This document shows positions 10,622-24,199 of a DNA stretch of 64,000 nt, in pieces. Under the pieces are notes generated by a model. It saw only the letters and a program-made list of their open reading frames with translations, made no database searches and was not told the DNA's origin. Each line of letters starts with the position of its first letter. Position 1 is the first letter of the stretch. The position numbers and the translations under genes were made by a program. The DNA is from Macrostomum lignano (Eukaryota): assembly GCA_002269645.1 (NCBI GenBank), contig NIVC01000807.1, forward strand, positions 1 through 64,000. Reading direction: 5' to 3'.

Positions 10622-10925
10622 CCATTTGACTCTCAGTCACTCGCTTAATTCTCACCTGACTCTCAGTCACTCGCTAAATCCTCACCTGACTCTCAGTCAC
10701 TCGCTCAATCCTCACCTGACTCTCAGTCACTCGCTAAACCCTCACCTGACTCTCAGTCACTCGCTCAATCCTCACCTGACTCTCAGTCACTCGCTAAACC
10801 CTCACCTGACTCTCAGTCACTCGCTAAACCCTCACCTGACTCTCAGTCACTCGCTCAATCCTCACCTGACTCTCAGTCACTCGCTCAATCCTCACCTGAC
10901 TCTCAGTCACTCGCTCAATCACTGT
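10622..10925. repeat. 30-bp tandem repeat (CTCACCTGACTCTCAGTCACTCGCTCAATC), about 10 copies
   Basis: Period 30 read directly; immediately upstream of RABL3. Confidence 0.95.
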
Positions 10926-11239
10926 ACTCTGTTAGTCTACTCACTGAATCTATATACTAAAAATAGTTTGTCGGTATTGCTAAATGAGGTACTGGTAAAA
11001 AAGTAAAGACAAAATCGAGCTTTTTATTAAACCATATGATTTCTTAAAATTTTATTTAAGCAATAGTAGAAATTAACAATTTACGCTCCGATGAAAATTG
11101 CACTAACAAAATTATTTTCTTCGCAATTAAAGTTTCTTATTATTAAGATTTTATAGTTTACTATAGTAGTAATTAAGCAGGTCTAAACCTACAGGTGCGA
11201 GCTATATTATGGGAAGTTTACAGCTTCATATTTTACACT

Positions 11240-14200
11240 TAAAAAGAACAAGGATGGTTTGTGGCGATTCTCAAGGATGGTTTGTGGCGATTCTCAAGGA
11301 TGGTTTGTGGCGATTCTCAAGGATGGTTTGTGGCGATTCTCAAGGATGGTTTGGTGGCGATTCTCAAGGATGGTTTGGTGGCGATTCTCAAGGGTGGTTT
11401 GGGGCGATTCTCAAGGATGGTTGGTGGCGATTCTCAAGGATGGTTTGTGGCGATTCTCAAGGATGGTTTGTGGCGATTATCAAGGATGGTTTGTGGCGAT
11501 TCTCAAGGATGGTTTGTGGCGATTCTCAAGGATGGTTTGTGGCGATTCTCAAGGATGGTTTGGGGCGATTCTCAAGGATGGTTTGGGGCGATTATCAAGG
11601 ATGGTTTGGGGCGATTCTCAAGGATGGTTTGTGGCGATTCTCAAGGATGGTTTGTGGCGATTCTCAAGGATGGTTTGGGGCGATTCTCAAGGATGGTTTG
11701 GGGCGATTCTCAAGGATGGTTTGGGGCAATTCTCAAGGATGGTTTGTGGCGATTCTCAAGGATGGTTTGTGGCGATTCTCAAGGATGGTTTTTGGCGATT
11801 CTCAAGGATGGTTTGGGGCGATTGTCAAGGATGGTTTGTGGCGATTCTCAAGGATGGTTTGGGGCGATTCTCAAGGATGGTTTGTGGCGATTCTCAAGGA
11901 TGGTTTGTGGCGATTCTCAAGGATGGTTTGGGGCGATTCTCAAGGATGGTTTTTGGCGATTCTCAAGGATGGTTTGTGGCGATTCTCAAGGATGGTTTGT
12001 GGCGATTCTCAAGGATGGTTTGTGGCGATTCTCAAGGATGGTTTGTGGCGATTCTCAAGGATGGTTTGTGGCGATTCTCAAGGATGGTTTGTGGCGATTC
12101 TCAAGGATGGTTTGGGGCGATTCTCAAAGATGGTTTGGGGCAATTCTCAAGGATGGTTTGGGGCGATTCTCAAGGATGGTTTTTGGCGATTCTCAAGGAT
12201 GGTTTGGGGCGATTGTCAAGGATGGTTTGTGGCGATTCTCAAGGATGGTTTGTGGCGATTCTCAAGGATGGTTTGGGGCGATTGTCAAGGATGGTTTGTG
12301 GCGATTCTCAAGGATGGTTTGGGGCGATTCTCAAGGATGGTTTGGGGCAATTATCAAGGATGGTTTGTGGCGATTCTCAAGGATGGTTTGTGGCGATTCT
12401 CAAGGATGGTTTGTGGCGATTCTCAAGGATGGTTTGGGGCGATTCTCAAGGATGGTTTGGGGCAATTCTCAAGGATGGTTTGTGGCGATTCTCAAGGATG
12501 GTTTGGGGCGATTCTCAAGGATGGTTTGTGGCGAATCTCAAGGATGGTTTGGGGCGATCCTCAAGGATGGTTTGGGGCAATTCTCAAGGATGGTTTGGGG
12601 CGATTCTCAAGGATGGTTTGGGGCGATTCTCAAGGATGGTTTGTGGCGATTCTCAAGTATGGTTTGTGGCGATTCTCGAGGATGGTTTTTGGCGATTCTC
12701 AAGGATGGTTTTTGGCGATTATCAAGGATGGTTTGTGGCGATTATCAAGGATGGTTTGTGGCGATTTTCAAGGATGGTTTGTGGCGATTTTCAAGGATGG
12801 TTTGTGGCGATTATCAAGGATGGTTTGTGGCGATTATCAAGGATGGTTTGTGGCGATTCTCAAGGATGGTTTGTGGCGATTCTCAAGGATGGTTTGTGGC
12901 GATTCTCAAGGATGGTTTTTGGCAATTCTCAAGGATGGTTTGGGGCGATTCTCAAGGATGGTTTGTGGCGATTCTCAAGTATGGTTTGTGGCGATTCTCA
13001 AGGATGGTTTGGGGCAATTCTCAAGGATGGTTTGGGGCGATTCTCAAGGATGGTTTGTGGCGATTCTCAAGGATGGTTTGGGGCGATTCTCAAGGATGGT
13101 TTGTGGCGATTCTCAAGGATGGTTTGTGGCGATTCTCAAGGATGGTTTGGGGCGATTCTCAAGGATGGTTTGGGGCGATTCTCAAGGATGGTTTGTGGCG
13201 ATTCTCAAGGATGGTTTGGGGCGATTCTCAAGGATGGTTTGGGGCAATTCTCAAGGATGGTTTGGGGCGATTCTCAAGGATGGTTTGGGGCGATTCTCAA
13301 GGATGGTTTTTGGCGATTCTCAAGGATGGTTTGTGGCGAATCTCAAGGATGGTTTGGGACGATTCTCAAGGATGGTTTGGGGCGATTTTCAAGGATGGTT
13401 TGTGGCGATTATCAAGGATGGTTTGTGGCGATTCTCAAGGATGGTTTTTGGCGATTCTCAAGGATGGTTTGTGGCGATTCTCAAGGATGGTTTGGGGCGA
13501 TTCTCAAGGATGGTTTGTGGCGATTCTCAAGGATGGTTTGGGGCGATTCTCAAGGATGGTTTGTGGCGAATCTCAAGGATGGTTTGGGGCGATTCTCAAG
13601 GATGGTTTGGGGCGATTCTCAAGGATGGTTTGGGGCGAATCTCAAGGATGGTTTGTGGCGATTCTCAAGGATGGTTTTTGGCGATTCTCAAGAATGGTTT
13701 GGGGCGATTCTCAAGGATGGTTTGTGGCGAATCTCAAGGATGGTTTGGGGCGATCCTCAAGGATGGTTTGTGGCGATTCTCAAGGATGGTTTTTGGCGAT
13801 TCTCAAGGATGGTTTGGGGCGATTCTCAAGGATGGTTTGTGGCGATTCTCAAGTATGGTTTGTGGCGATTCTCAAGGATGGTTTTTGGCGATTCTCAAGG
13901 ATGGTTTTTGGCGATTATCAAGGATGGTTTGTGGCGATTATCAAGGATGGTTTGTGGCGATTTTCAAGGATGGTTTGTGGCGATTTTCAAGGATGGTTTG
14001 TGGCGATTATCAAGGATGGTTTGTGGCGATTATCAAGGATGGTTTGTGGCGATTCTCAAGGATGGTTTGTGGCGATTCTCAAGGATGGTTTGTGGCGATT
14101 CTCAAGGATGGTTTTTGGCAATTCTCAAGGATGGTTTGGGGCGATTCTCAAGGATGGTTTGTGGCGATTCTCAAGTATGGTTTGTGGCGATTCTCAAGGA

Positions 14201-17200
14201 TGGTTTGGGGCAATTCTCAAGGATGGTTTGGGGCGATTCTCAAGGATGGTTTGTGGCGATTCTCAAGGATGGTTTTTGGCGATTCTCAAGGATGGTTTGT
14301 GGCGATTCTCAAGGATGGTTTGTGGCGATTCTCAAGGATGGTTTGGGGCGATTCTCAAGGATGGTTTGGGGCGATTCTCAAGGATGGTTTGTGGCGATTC
14401 TCAAGGATGGTTTGGGGCGATTCTCAAGGATGGTTTGGGGCAATTCTCAAGGATGGTTTGGGGCGATTCTCAAGGATGGTTTGGGGCGATTCTCAAGGAT
14501 GGTTTTTGGCGATTCTCAAGGATGGTTTGTGGCGAATCTCAAGGATGGTTTGGGGCGATTCTCAAGGATGGTTTGGGGCGATTCTCAAGGATGGTTTGTG
14601 GCGATTATCAAGGATGGTTTGTGGCGATTCTCAAGGATGGTTTTTGGCGATTCTCAAGGATGGTTTGTGGCGATTCTCAAGGATGGTTTGTGGCGATTCT
14701 CAAGGATGGTTTGTGGCGATTCTCAAGGATGGTTTGGGGCGATTCTCAAGGATGGTTTGTGGCGAATCTCAAGGATGGTTTGGGGCGATTCTCAAGAATG
14801 GTTTGTGGCGATTCTCAAGGATGGTTTTTGGCGATTCTCAAGGATGGTTTGAGGCGATTCTCAAGGATGGTTTGGGGCAATTCTCAAGGATGGTTTGGGG
14901 CGATTCTCAAGGATGGTTTGGGGCGATTCTCAAGGATGGTTTTGGCGATTCTCAAGGATGGTTTGTGGCGAATCTCAAGGATGGTTTGGGCGATTCTCAA
15001 GGATGGTTTGGGGCAATTCTCAAGGATGGTTTGTGGCGATTATCAAGGATGGTTTGTGGCGATTCTCAAGGATGGTTTTTGGCGATTCTCAAGGATGGTT
15101 TGTGGCGATTCTCAAGGATGGTTTGTGGCGATTCTCAAGGATGGTTTGTGGCGATTCTCAAGGATGGTTTGGGGCGATTCTCAAGGATGGTTTGTGGCGA
15201 TTCTCAAGGATGGTTTGTGGCGAATCTCAAGGATGGTTTTTGGCGATTCTCAAGGATGGTTTTTGGCGATTATCAAGGATGGTTTGTGGCGATTATCAAG
15301 GATGGTTTGTGGCGATTTCAAGGATGGTTTGTGGCGATTTCAAGGATGGTTTGTGGCGATTATCAAGGATGGTTTGTGGCGATTATCAAGGATGGTTTGT
15401 GGCGATTCTCAAGGATGGTTTGTGGCGATTCTCAAGGATGGTTTGGGGCGATTCTCAAGGATGGTTTGGGGCAATTCTCAAGGATGGTTTGTGGCGATTC
15501 TCAAGGATGGTTTGGGGCGATTCTCAAGGATGGTTTGGGGCGATTCTCAAGGATGGTTTGGGCGATTCTCAAGGATGGTTTGGGGCATTCTCAAGGATGG
15601 TTTGTGGCGATTCTCAAGGATGGTTTGTGGCGATTCTCAAGGATGGTTTTTGGCGATTCTCAAGGATGGTTTGGGGCGATTCTCAAGGATGGTTTGTGGC
15701 GATTCTCAAGGATGGTTTGGGGCGATTCTCAAGGATGGTTTGGGGCGATTCTCAAGGATGGTTTGTGGCGATTCTCAAGGATGGTTTTTGGCGATTCTCA
15801 AGGATGGTTTGTGGCGAATCTCAAGGATGGTTTGGGGCGATCCTCAAGGATGGTTTGTGGCGATTCGCAAGGATGGTTTTTGGCGATTCTCAAGGATGGT
15901 TTGGGGCGATTCTCAAGGATGGTTTGTGGCGATTCTCAAGGATGGTTTGTGGCGATTCTCAAGGATGGTTTTTGGCGATTCTCAAGGATGGTTTGTGGCG
16001 ATTCTCAAGGATGGTTTGTGGCGATTATCAAGGATGGTTTGTGGCGATTTCAAGGATGGTTTGTGGCGATTTCAAGGATGGTTTGTGGCGATTCTCAAGG
16101 ATGGTTTGTGGCGATTCTCAAGGATGGTTTGTGGCGATTCTCAAGGATGGTTTGTGGCGATTCTCAAGGATGGTTTGTGGCGATTCTCAAGGATGGTTTT
16201 TGGCAATTCTCAAGGATGGTTTGGGGCGATTCTCAAGGATGGTTTGTGGCGATTCTCAAGTATGGTTTGTGGCGATTCTCAAGGATGGTTTTGGCAATTC
16301 TCAAGGATGGTTTGGGCGATTCTCAAGGATGGTTTGTGGCGATTCTCAAGGATGGTTTGGGGCGATTCTCAAGGATGGTTTGTGGCGATTCTCAAGGATG
16401 GTTTGTGGCGATTCTCAAGGATGGTTTGGGCGATTCTCAAGGATGGTTTGGGGCGATTCTCAAGGATGGTTTGTGGCGATTCTCAAGGATGGTTTGGGGC
16501 GATTCTCAAGGATGGTTTGGGGCATTCTCAAGGATGGTTTGGGGCGATTCTCAAGGATGGTTTGGGGCGATTCTCAAGGATGGTTTTGGCGATTCTCAAG
16601 GATGGTTTGTGGCGATTCTCAAGGATGGTTTGGGGCGATTCTCAAGGATGGTTTGGGGCGATTCTCAAGGATGGTTTGTGGCGATTCTCAAGGATGGTTT
16701 GTGGCGATTCTCAAGGATGGTTTTGGCGATTCTCAAGGATGGTTTGTGGCGATTCTCAAGGATGGTTTGTGGCGATTCTCAAGGATGGTTTGTGGCGATT
16801 CTCAAGGATGGTTTGGGGCGATTCTCAAGGATGGTTTGTGGCGATTCTCAAGGATGGTTTGGGCGATTCTCAAGGATGGTTTGGGGCGATTCTCAAGGAT
16901 GGTTTGGGCGATTCTCAAGGATGGTTTGTGGCGATTCTCAAGGATGGTTTTGGCGATTCTCAAGGATGGTTTGGGGCGATTCTCAAGGATGGTTTGGGGC
17001 GATTCTCAAGGATGGTTTGTGGCGATTCTCAAGGATGGTTTGGGGCGATTCTCAAGGATGGTTTGGGCGATTCTCAAGGATGGTTTGTGGCGATTCTCAA
17101 GGATGGTTTGGGGCGATTCTCAAGGATGGTTTGTGGCGAATCTCAAGGATGGTTTGTGGCGATTCTCAAGGATGGTTTGTGGCGATTCTCAAGGATGGTT

Positions 17201-20200
17201 TTGGCGATTCTCAAGGATGGTTTGGGCGATTCTCAAGGATGGTTTGGGGCATTCTCAAGGATGGTTTGGGCGATTCTCAAGGATGGTTTGGGGCGATTCT
17301 CAAGGATGGTTTGGCGATTCTCAAGGATGGTTTGTGGCGATTCTCAAGGATGGTTTGGGGCGATTCTCAAGGATGGTTTGGGGATTCTCAAGGATGGTTT
17401 GTGGCGATTCTCAAGGATGGTTTGTGGCGATTCTCAAGGATGGTTTTGGCGATTCTCAAGGATGGTTTGTGGCGATTCTCAAGGATGGTTTGTGGCGATT
17501 CTCAAGGATGGTTTGTGGCGATTCTCAAGGATGGTTTGGGGCATTCTCAAGGATGGTTTGTGGCGATTCTCAAGGATGGTTTGTGGCGATTCTCAAGGAT
17601 GGTTTTGGCGATTCTCAAGGATGGTTTTGGCGATTCTCAAGGATGGTTTGTGGCGATTCTCAAGGATGGTTTGTGGCGATTCTCAAGGATGGTTTGTGGC
17701 GATTCTCAAGGATGGTTTGTGGCGATTCTCAAGGATGGTTTGTGGCGATTCTCAAGGATGGTTTGTGGCGATTCTCAAGGATGGTTTGTGGCGATTCTCA
17801 AGGATGGTTTTGGCGATTCTCAAGGATGGTTTGGGGCGATTCTCAAGGATGGTTTGTGGCGATTCTCAAGGATGGTTTGTGGCGATTCTCAAGGATGGTT
17901 TGGCGATTCTCAAGGATGGTTTGGGCGATTCTCAAGGATGGTTTGTGGCGATTCTCAAGGATGGTTTTGGCGATTCTCAAGGATGGTTTGGGCGATTCTC
18001 AAGGATGGTTTGGGGCGATTCTCAAGGATGGTTTGTGGCGATTCTCAAGGATGGTTTTGGCGATTCTCAAGGATGGTTTGGGGCGATTCTCAAGGATGGT
18101 TTGGGGCGATTCTCAAGGATGGTTTGTGGCGATTCTCAAGGATGGTTTGGGCGATTCTCAAGGATGGTTTGGGGATTCTCAAGGATGGTTTGGGGCGATT
18201 CTCAAGGATGGTTTGGGGCGATTCTCAAGGATGGTTTTGGCGATTCTCAAGGATGGTTTGTGGCGATTCTCAAGGATGGTTTGGGGCGATTCTCAAGGAT
18301 GGTTTGGGGCGATTCTCAAGGATGGTTTGTGGCGATTCTCAAGGATGGTTTGTGGCGATTCTCAAGGATGGTTTGTGGCGATTCTCAAGGATGGTTTGTG
18401 GCGATTCTCAAGGATGGTTTGGGCGATTCTCAAGGATGGTTTGGGCGATTCTCAAGGATGGTTTTGGCGATTCTCAAGGATGGTTTGGGGCGATTCTCAA
18501 GGATGGTTTGTGGCGAATCTCAAGGATGGTTTGTGGCGATTCTCAAGGATGGTTTGTGGCGATTCTCAAGGATGGTTTGTGGCGATTCTCAAGGATGGTT
18601 TGTGGCGATTCTCAAGGATGGTTTGTGGCGATTCTCAAGGATGGTTTGTGGCGATTCTCAAGGATGGTTTGTGGCGATTCTCAAGGATGGTTTGGGCGAT
18701 TCTCAAGGATGGTTTGTGGCGATTCTCAAGGATGGTTTGTGGCGATTCTCAAGGATGGTTTGGCGATTCTCAAGGATGGTTTGGGCGATTCTCAAGGATG
18801 GTTTGTGGCGATTCTCAAGGATGGTTTTGGCGATTCTCAAGGATGGTTTGGGCGATTCTCAAGGATGGTTTGGGCGATTCTCAAGGATGGTTTGTGGCGA
18901 TTCTCAAGGATGGTTTGGCGATTCTCAAGGATGGTTTGGGGCGATTCTCAAGGATGGTTTGGGGCGATTCTCAAGGATGGTTTGTGGCGATTCTCAAGGA
19001 TGGTTTGGGCGATTCTCAAGGATGGTTTGGGGATTCTCAAGGATGGTTTGGGGCGATTCTCAAGGATGGTTTGGGCGATTCTCAAGGATGGTTTTGGCGA
19101 TTCTCAAGGATGGTTTGGGCGATTCTCAAGGATGGTTTGGGGCGATTCTCAAGGATGGTTTGGGCGATTCTCAAGGATGGTTTGTGGCGATTCTCAAGGA
19201 TGGTTTGGGGCGATTCTCAAGGATGGTTTGTGGCGATTCTCAAGGATGGTTTGTGGCGATTCTCAAGGATGGTTTGGGGCGATTCTCAAGGATGGTTTGG
19301 GCGATTCTCAAGGATGGTTTGTGGCGATTCTCAAGGATGGTTTGGGGCGATTCTCAAGGATGGTTTGGGCGATTCTCAAGGATGGTTTGGGCGATTCTCA
19401 AGGATGGTTTGGGGCGATTCTCAAGGATGGTTTGGGCGATTCTCAAGGATGGTTTGTGGCGATTCTCAAGGATGGTTTGTGGCGATTCTCAAGGATGGTT
19501 TTGGCGATTCTCAAGGATGGTTTGTGGCGATTCTCAAGGATGGTTTGTGGCGATTCTCAAGGATGGTTTGTGGCGATTCTCAAGGATGGTTTGTGGCGAT
19601 TCTCAAGGATGGTTTGGGCGATTCTCAAGGATGGTTTGTGGCGATTCTCAAGGATGGTTTGTGGCGATTCTCAAGGATGGTTTGTGGCGATTCTCAAGGA
19701 TGGTTTGGCGATTCTCAAGGATGGTTTGTGGCGATTCTCAAGGATGGTTTGTGGCGATTCTCAAGGATGGTTTGTGGCGATTCTCAAGGATGGTTTGGGC
19801 GATTCTCAAGGATGGTTTGGGGCGATTCTCAAGGATGGTTTGTGGCGATTCTCAAGGATGGTTTGTGGCGATTCTCAAGGATGGTTTGGGCGATTCTCAA
19901 GGATGGTTTGTGGCGATTCTCAAGGATGGTTTGGGGCGATTCTCAAGGATGGTTTGGGCGATTCTCAAGGATGGTTTGGGCGATTCTCAAGGATGGTTTG
20001 GGGCGATTCTCAAGGATGGTTTGGCGATTCTCAAGGATGGTTTGTGGCGATTCTCAAGGATGGTTTGGGCGATTCTCAAGGATGGTTTGGGCGATTCTCA
20101 AGGATGGTTTGGGCGATTCTCAAGGATGGTTTGTGGCGATTCTCAAGGATGGTTTGTGGCGATTCTCAAGGATGGTTTGTGGCGATTCTCAAGGATGGTT

Positions 20201-23200
20201 TGGGCGATTCTCAAGGATGGTTTGGGCGATTCTCAAGGATGGTTTTGGGATTCTCAAGGATGGTTTGGGCGATTCTCAAGGATGGTTTGTGGCGATTCTC
20301 AAGGATGGTTTGTGGCGATTCTCAAGGATGGTTTGTGGCGATTCTCAAGGATGGTTTGTGGCGATTCTCAAGGATGGTTTGTGGCGATTCTCAAGGATGG
20401 TTTGTGGCGATTCTCAAGGATGGTTTGTGGCGATTCTCAAGGATGGTTTGTGGCGATTCTCAAGGATGGTTTGGGCGATTCTCAAGGATGGTTTGTGGCG
20501 ATTCTCAAGGATGGTTTGTGGCGATTCTCAAGGATGGTTTGGCGATTCTCAAGGATGGTTTGGGCGATTCTCAAGGATGGTTTGTGGCGATTCTCAAGGA
20601 TGGTTTTGGCGATTCTCAAGGATGGTTTGGGCGATTCTCAAGGATGGTTTGGGCGATTCTCAAGGATGGTTTGTGGCGATTCTCAAGGATGGTTTTGGCG
20701 ATTCTCAAGGATGGTTTGGGCGATTCTCAAGGATGGTTTGGGCGATTCTCAAGGATGGTTTGGGCGATTCTCAAGGATGGTTTGGGGCGATTCTCAAGGA
20801 TGGTTTGGGGATTCTCAAGGATGGTTTGGGGCGATTCTCAAGGATGGTTTGGGGCGATTCTCAAGGATGGTTTGGCGATTCTCAAGGATGGTTTGTGGCG
20901 ATTCTCAAGGATGGTTTGGGGCGATTCTCAAGGATGGTTTGGGCGATTCTCAAGGATGGTTTGTGGCGATTCTCAAGGATGGTTTGTGGCGATTCTCAAG
21001 GATGGTTTGTGGCGATTCTCAAGGATGGTTTGTGGCGATTCTCAAGGATGGTTTGGGGCGATTCTCAAGGATGGTTTGGGCGATTCTCAAGGATGGTTTT
21101 GGCGATTCTCAAGGATGGTTTGGGGCGATTCTCAAGGATGGTTTGTGGCGATTCTCAAGGATGGTTTGTGGCGATTCTCAAGGATGGTTTGGGCGATTCT
21201 CAAGGATGGTTTGGGCGATTCTCAAGGATGGTTTGTGGCGATTCTCAAGGATGGTTTGGGCGATTCTCAAGGATGGTTTGTGGCGATTCTCAAGGATGGT
21301 TTGTGGCGATTCTCAAGGATGGTTTGGGCGATTCTCAAGGATGGTTTGGGCGATTCTCAAGGATGGTTTGGGCGATTCTCAAGGATGGTTTGGGCGATTC
21401 TCAAGGATGGTTTGGGGCGATTCTCAAGGATGGTTTGGGGCGATTCTCAAGGATGGTTTGGGCGATTCTCAAGGATGGTTTGGGGCGATTCTCAAGGATG
21501 GTTTGTGGCGATTCTCAAGGATGGTTTGGGCGATTCTCAAGGATGGTTTGGGCGATTCTCAAGGATGGTTTGTGGCGATTCTCAAGGATGGTTTGTGGCG
21601 ATTCTCAAGGATGGTTTGGGCGATTCTCAAGGATGGTTTTGGCGATTCTCAAGGATGGTTTGTGGCGATTCTCAAGGATGGTTTGTGGCGATTCTCAAGG
21701 ATGGTTTGTGGCGATTCTCAAGGATGGTTTGTGGCGATTCTCAAGGATGGTTTGTGGCGATTCTCAAGGATGGTTTGTGGCGATTCTCAAGGATGGTTTG
21801 TGGCGATTCTCAAGGATGGTTTGTGGCGATTCTCAAGGATGGTTTGTGGCGATTCTCAAGGATGGTTTGTGGCGATTCTCAAGGATGGTTTGTGGCGATT
21901 CTCAAGGATGGTTTGTGGCGATTCTCAAGGATGGTTTTGGCGATTCTCAAGGATGGTTTGTGGCGATTCTCAAGGATGGTTTGTGGCGATTCTCAAGGAT
22001 GGTTTGGGCGATTCTCAAGGATGGTTTGGGGCGATTCTCAAGGATGGTTTGTGGCGATTCTCAAGGATGGTTTTTGGCGATTCTCAAGGATGGTTTGGGG
22101 CGATTCTCAAGGATGGTTTGGGGCGATTCTCAAGGATGGTTTGTGGCGATTCTCAAGGATGGTTTGGGCGATTCTCAAGGATGGTTTGGGGCGATTCTCA
22201 AGGATGGTTTGTGGCGATTCTCAAGGATGGTTTGGGGCGATTCTCAAGGATGGTTTGTGGCGATTCTCAAGGATGGTTTGGGGCGATTCTCAAGGATGGT
22301 TTGTGGCGATTCTCAAGGATGGTTTGGGCGATTCTCAAGGATGGTTTGGGCGATTCTCAAGGATGGTTTGTGGCGATTCTCAAGGATGGTTTGTGGCGAT
22401 TCTCAAGGATGGTTTGGCGATTCTCAAGGATGGTTTTGGCGATTCTCAAGGATGGTTTGTGGCGATTCTCAAGGATGGTTTGTGGCGATTTCAAGGATGG
22501 TTTGTGGCGATTTCAAGGATGGTTTGTGGCGATTCTCAAGGATGGTTTGTGGCGATTCTCAAGGATGGTTTGTGGCGATTCTCAAGGATGGTTTGTGGCG
22601 ATTCTCAAGGATGGTTTGTGGCGATTCTCAAGGATGGTTTTGGCGATTCTCAAGGATGGTTTGGGCGATTCTCAAGGATGGTTTGTGGCGATTCTCAAGG
22701 ATGGTTTGTGGCGATTCTCAAGGATGGTTTGGGGATTCTCAAGGATGGTTTGGGCGATTCTCAAGGATGGTTTGTGGCGATTCTCAAGGATGGTTTGGGG
22801 CGATTCTCAAGGATGGTTTGGGCGATTCTCAAGGATGGTTTGTGGCGATTCTCAAGGATGGTTTGGCGATTCTCAAGGATGGTTTGGGGCGATTCTCAAG
22901 GATGGTTTGGGGCGATTCTCAAGGATGGTTTGTGGCGATTCTCAAGGATGGTTTGGGGCGATTCTCAAGGATGGTTTGGGGCATTCTCAAGGATGGTTTG
23001 GGCGATTCTCAAGGATGGTTTGGGGCGATTCTCAAGGATGGTTTGGCGATTCTCAAGGATGGTTTGTGGCGATTCTCAAGGATGGTTTGGGGCGATTCTC
23101 AAGGATGGTTTGTGGCATTCTCAAGGATGGTTTGTGGCGATTCTCAAGGATGGTTTGTGGCGATTCTCAAGGATGGTTTGTGGCGATTCTCAAGGATGGT

Positions 23201-24145
23201 TTGTGGCGATTCTCAAGGATGGTTTGTGGCGATTCTCAAGGATGGTTTGGGCGATTCTCAAGGATGGTTTGGGCGATTCTCAAGGATGGTTTGGGGCGAT
23301 TCTCAAGGATGGTTTGTGGCGATTCTCAAGGATGGTTTGTGGCGATTCTCAAGGATGGTTTGGGCGATTCTCAAGGATGGTTTGTGGCGATTCTCAAGGA
23401 TGGTTTGTGGCGATTCTCAAGGATGGTTTGGGGCGATTCTCAAGGATGGTTTGGGGCGATTCTCAAGGATGGTTTGGGGCGATTCTCAAGGATGGTTTGG
23501 GGCGATTCTCAAGGATGGTTTGTGGCGATTCTCAAGGATGGTTTGTGGCGATTCTCAAGGATGGTTTGGGGCGATTCTCAAGGATGGTTTGTGGCGATTC
23601 TCAAGGATGGTTTGTGGCGATTCTCAAGGATGGTTTGGGGCGATTCTCAAGGATGGTTTGGGCGATTCTCAAGGATGGTTTGTGGCGATTCTCAAGGATG
23701 GTTTGGCGATTCTCAAGGATGGTTTGGGCGATTCTCAAGGATGGTTTGGGGCGATGCTCAAGGATGGTTTGTGGCGATTCTCAAGGATGGTTTGGGGCGA
23801 TTCTCAAGGATGGTTTGGGGCGATTCTCAAGGATGGTTTGTGGCGATTCTCAAGGATGGTTTGGCGATTCTCAAGGATGGTTTGGGGCGATTCTCAAGGA
23901 TGGTTTGGGGCGATTCTCAAGGATGGTTTGGGCGATTCTCAAGGATGGTTTGGGGCGATTCTCAAGGATGGTTTGGGGCATTCTCAAGGATGGTTTGGGG
24001 CGATTCTCAAGGATGGTTTGGGGCGATTCTCAAGGATGGTTTTTGGCGATTCTCAAGGATGGTTTGTGGCGATTCTCAAGGATGGTTTGTGGCGAATCTC
24101 AAGGGTGGTTTGTGGCGATTCTCAGGAGTTGCTAGGGCGATTCTC
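11240..24145. repeat. 12.9-kb satellite array, 23-bp unit AAGGATGGTTTGTGGCGATTCTC
   Basis: Period 23. Variants GTG/GGG/TTT before GCGATT; 21-22-bp deletion variants appear after ~14900. A 1196-bp (52-unit) internal duplication is visible. Confidence 0.98.
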
Positions 24146-24199
24146 AAGGGTGATTTAAGATTCTACAAAAGCACAAGGCAGCTTCTGAGCTTCAGTCAG

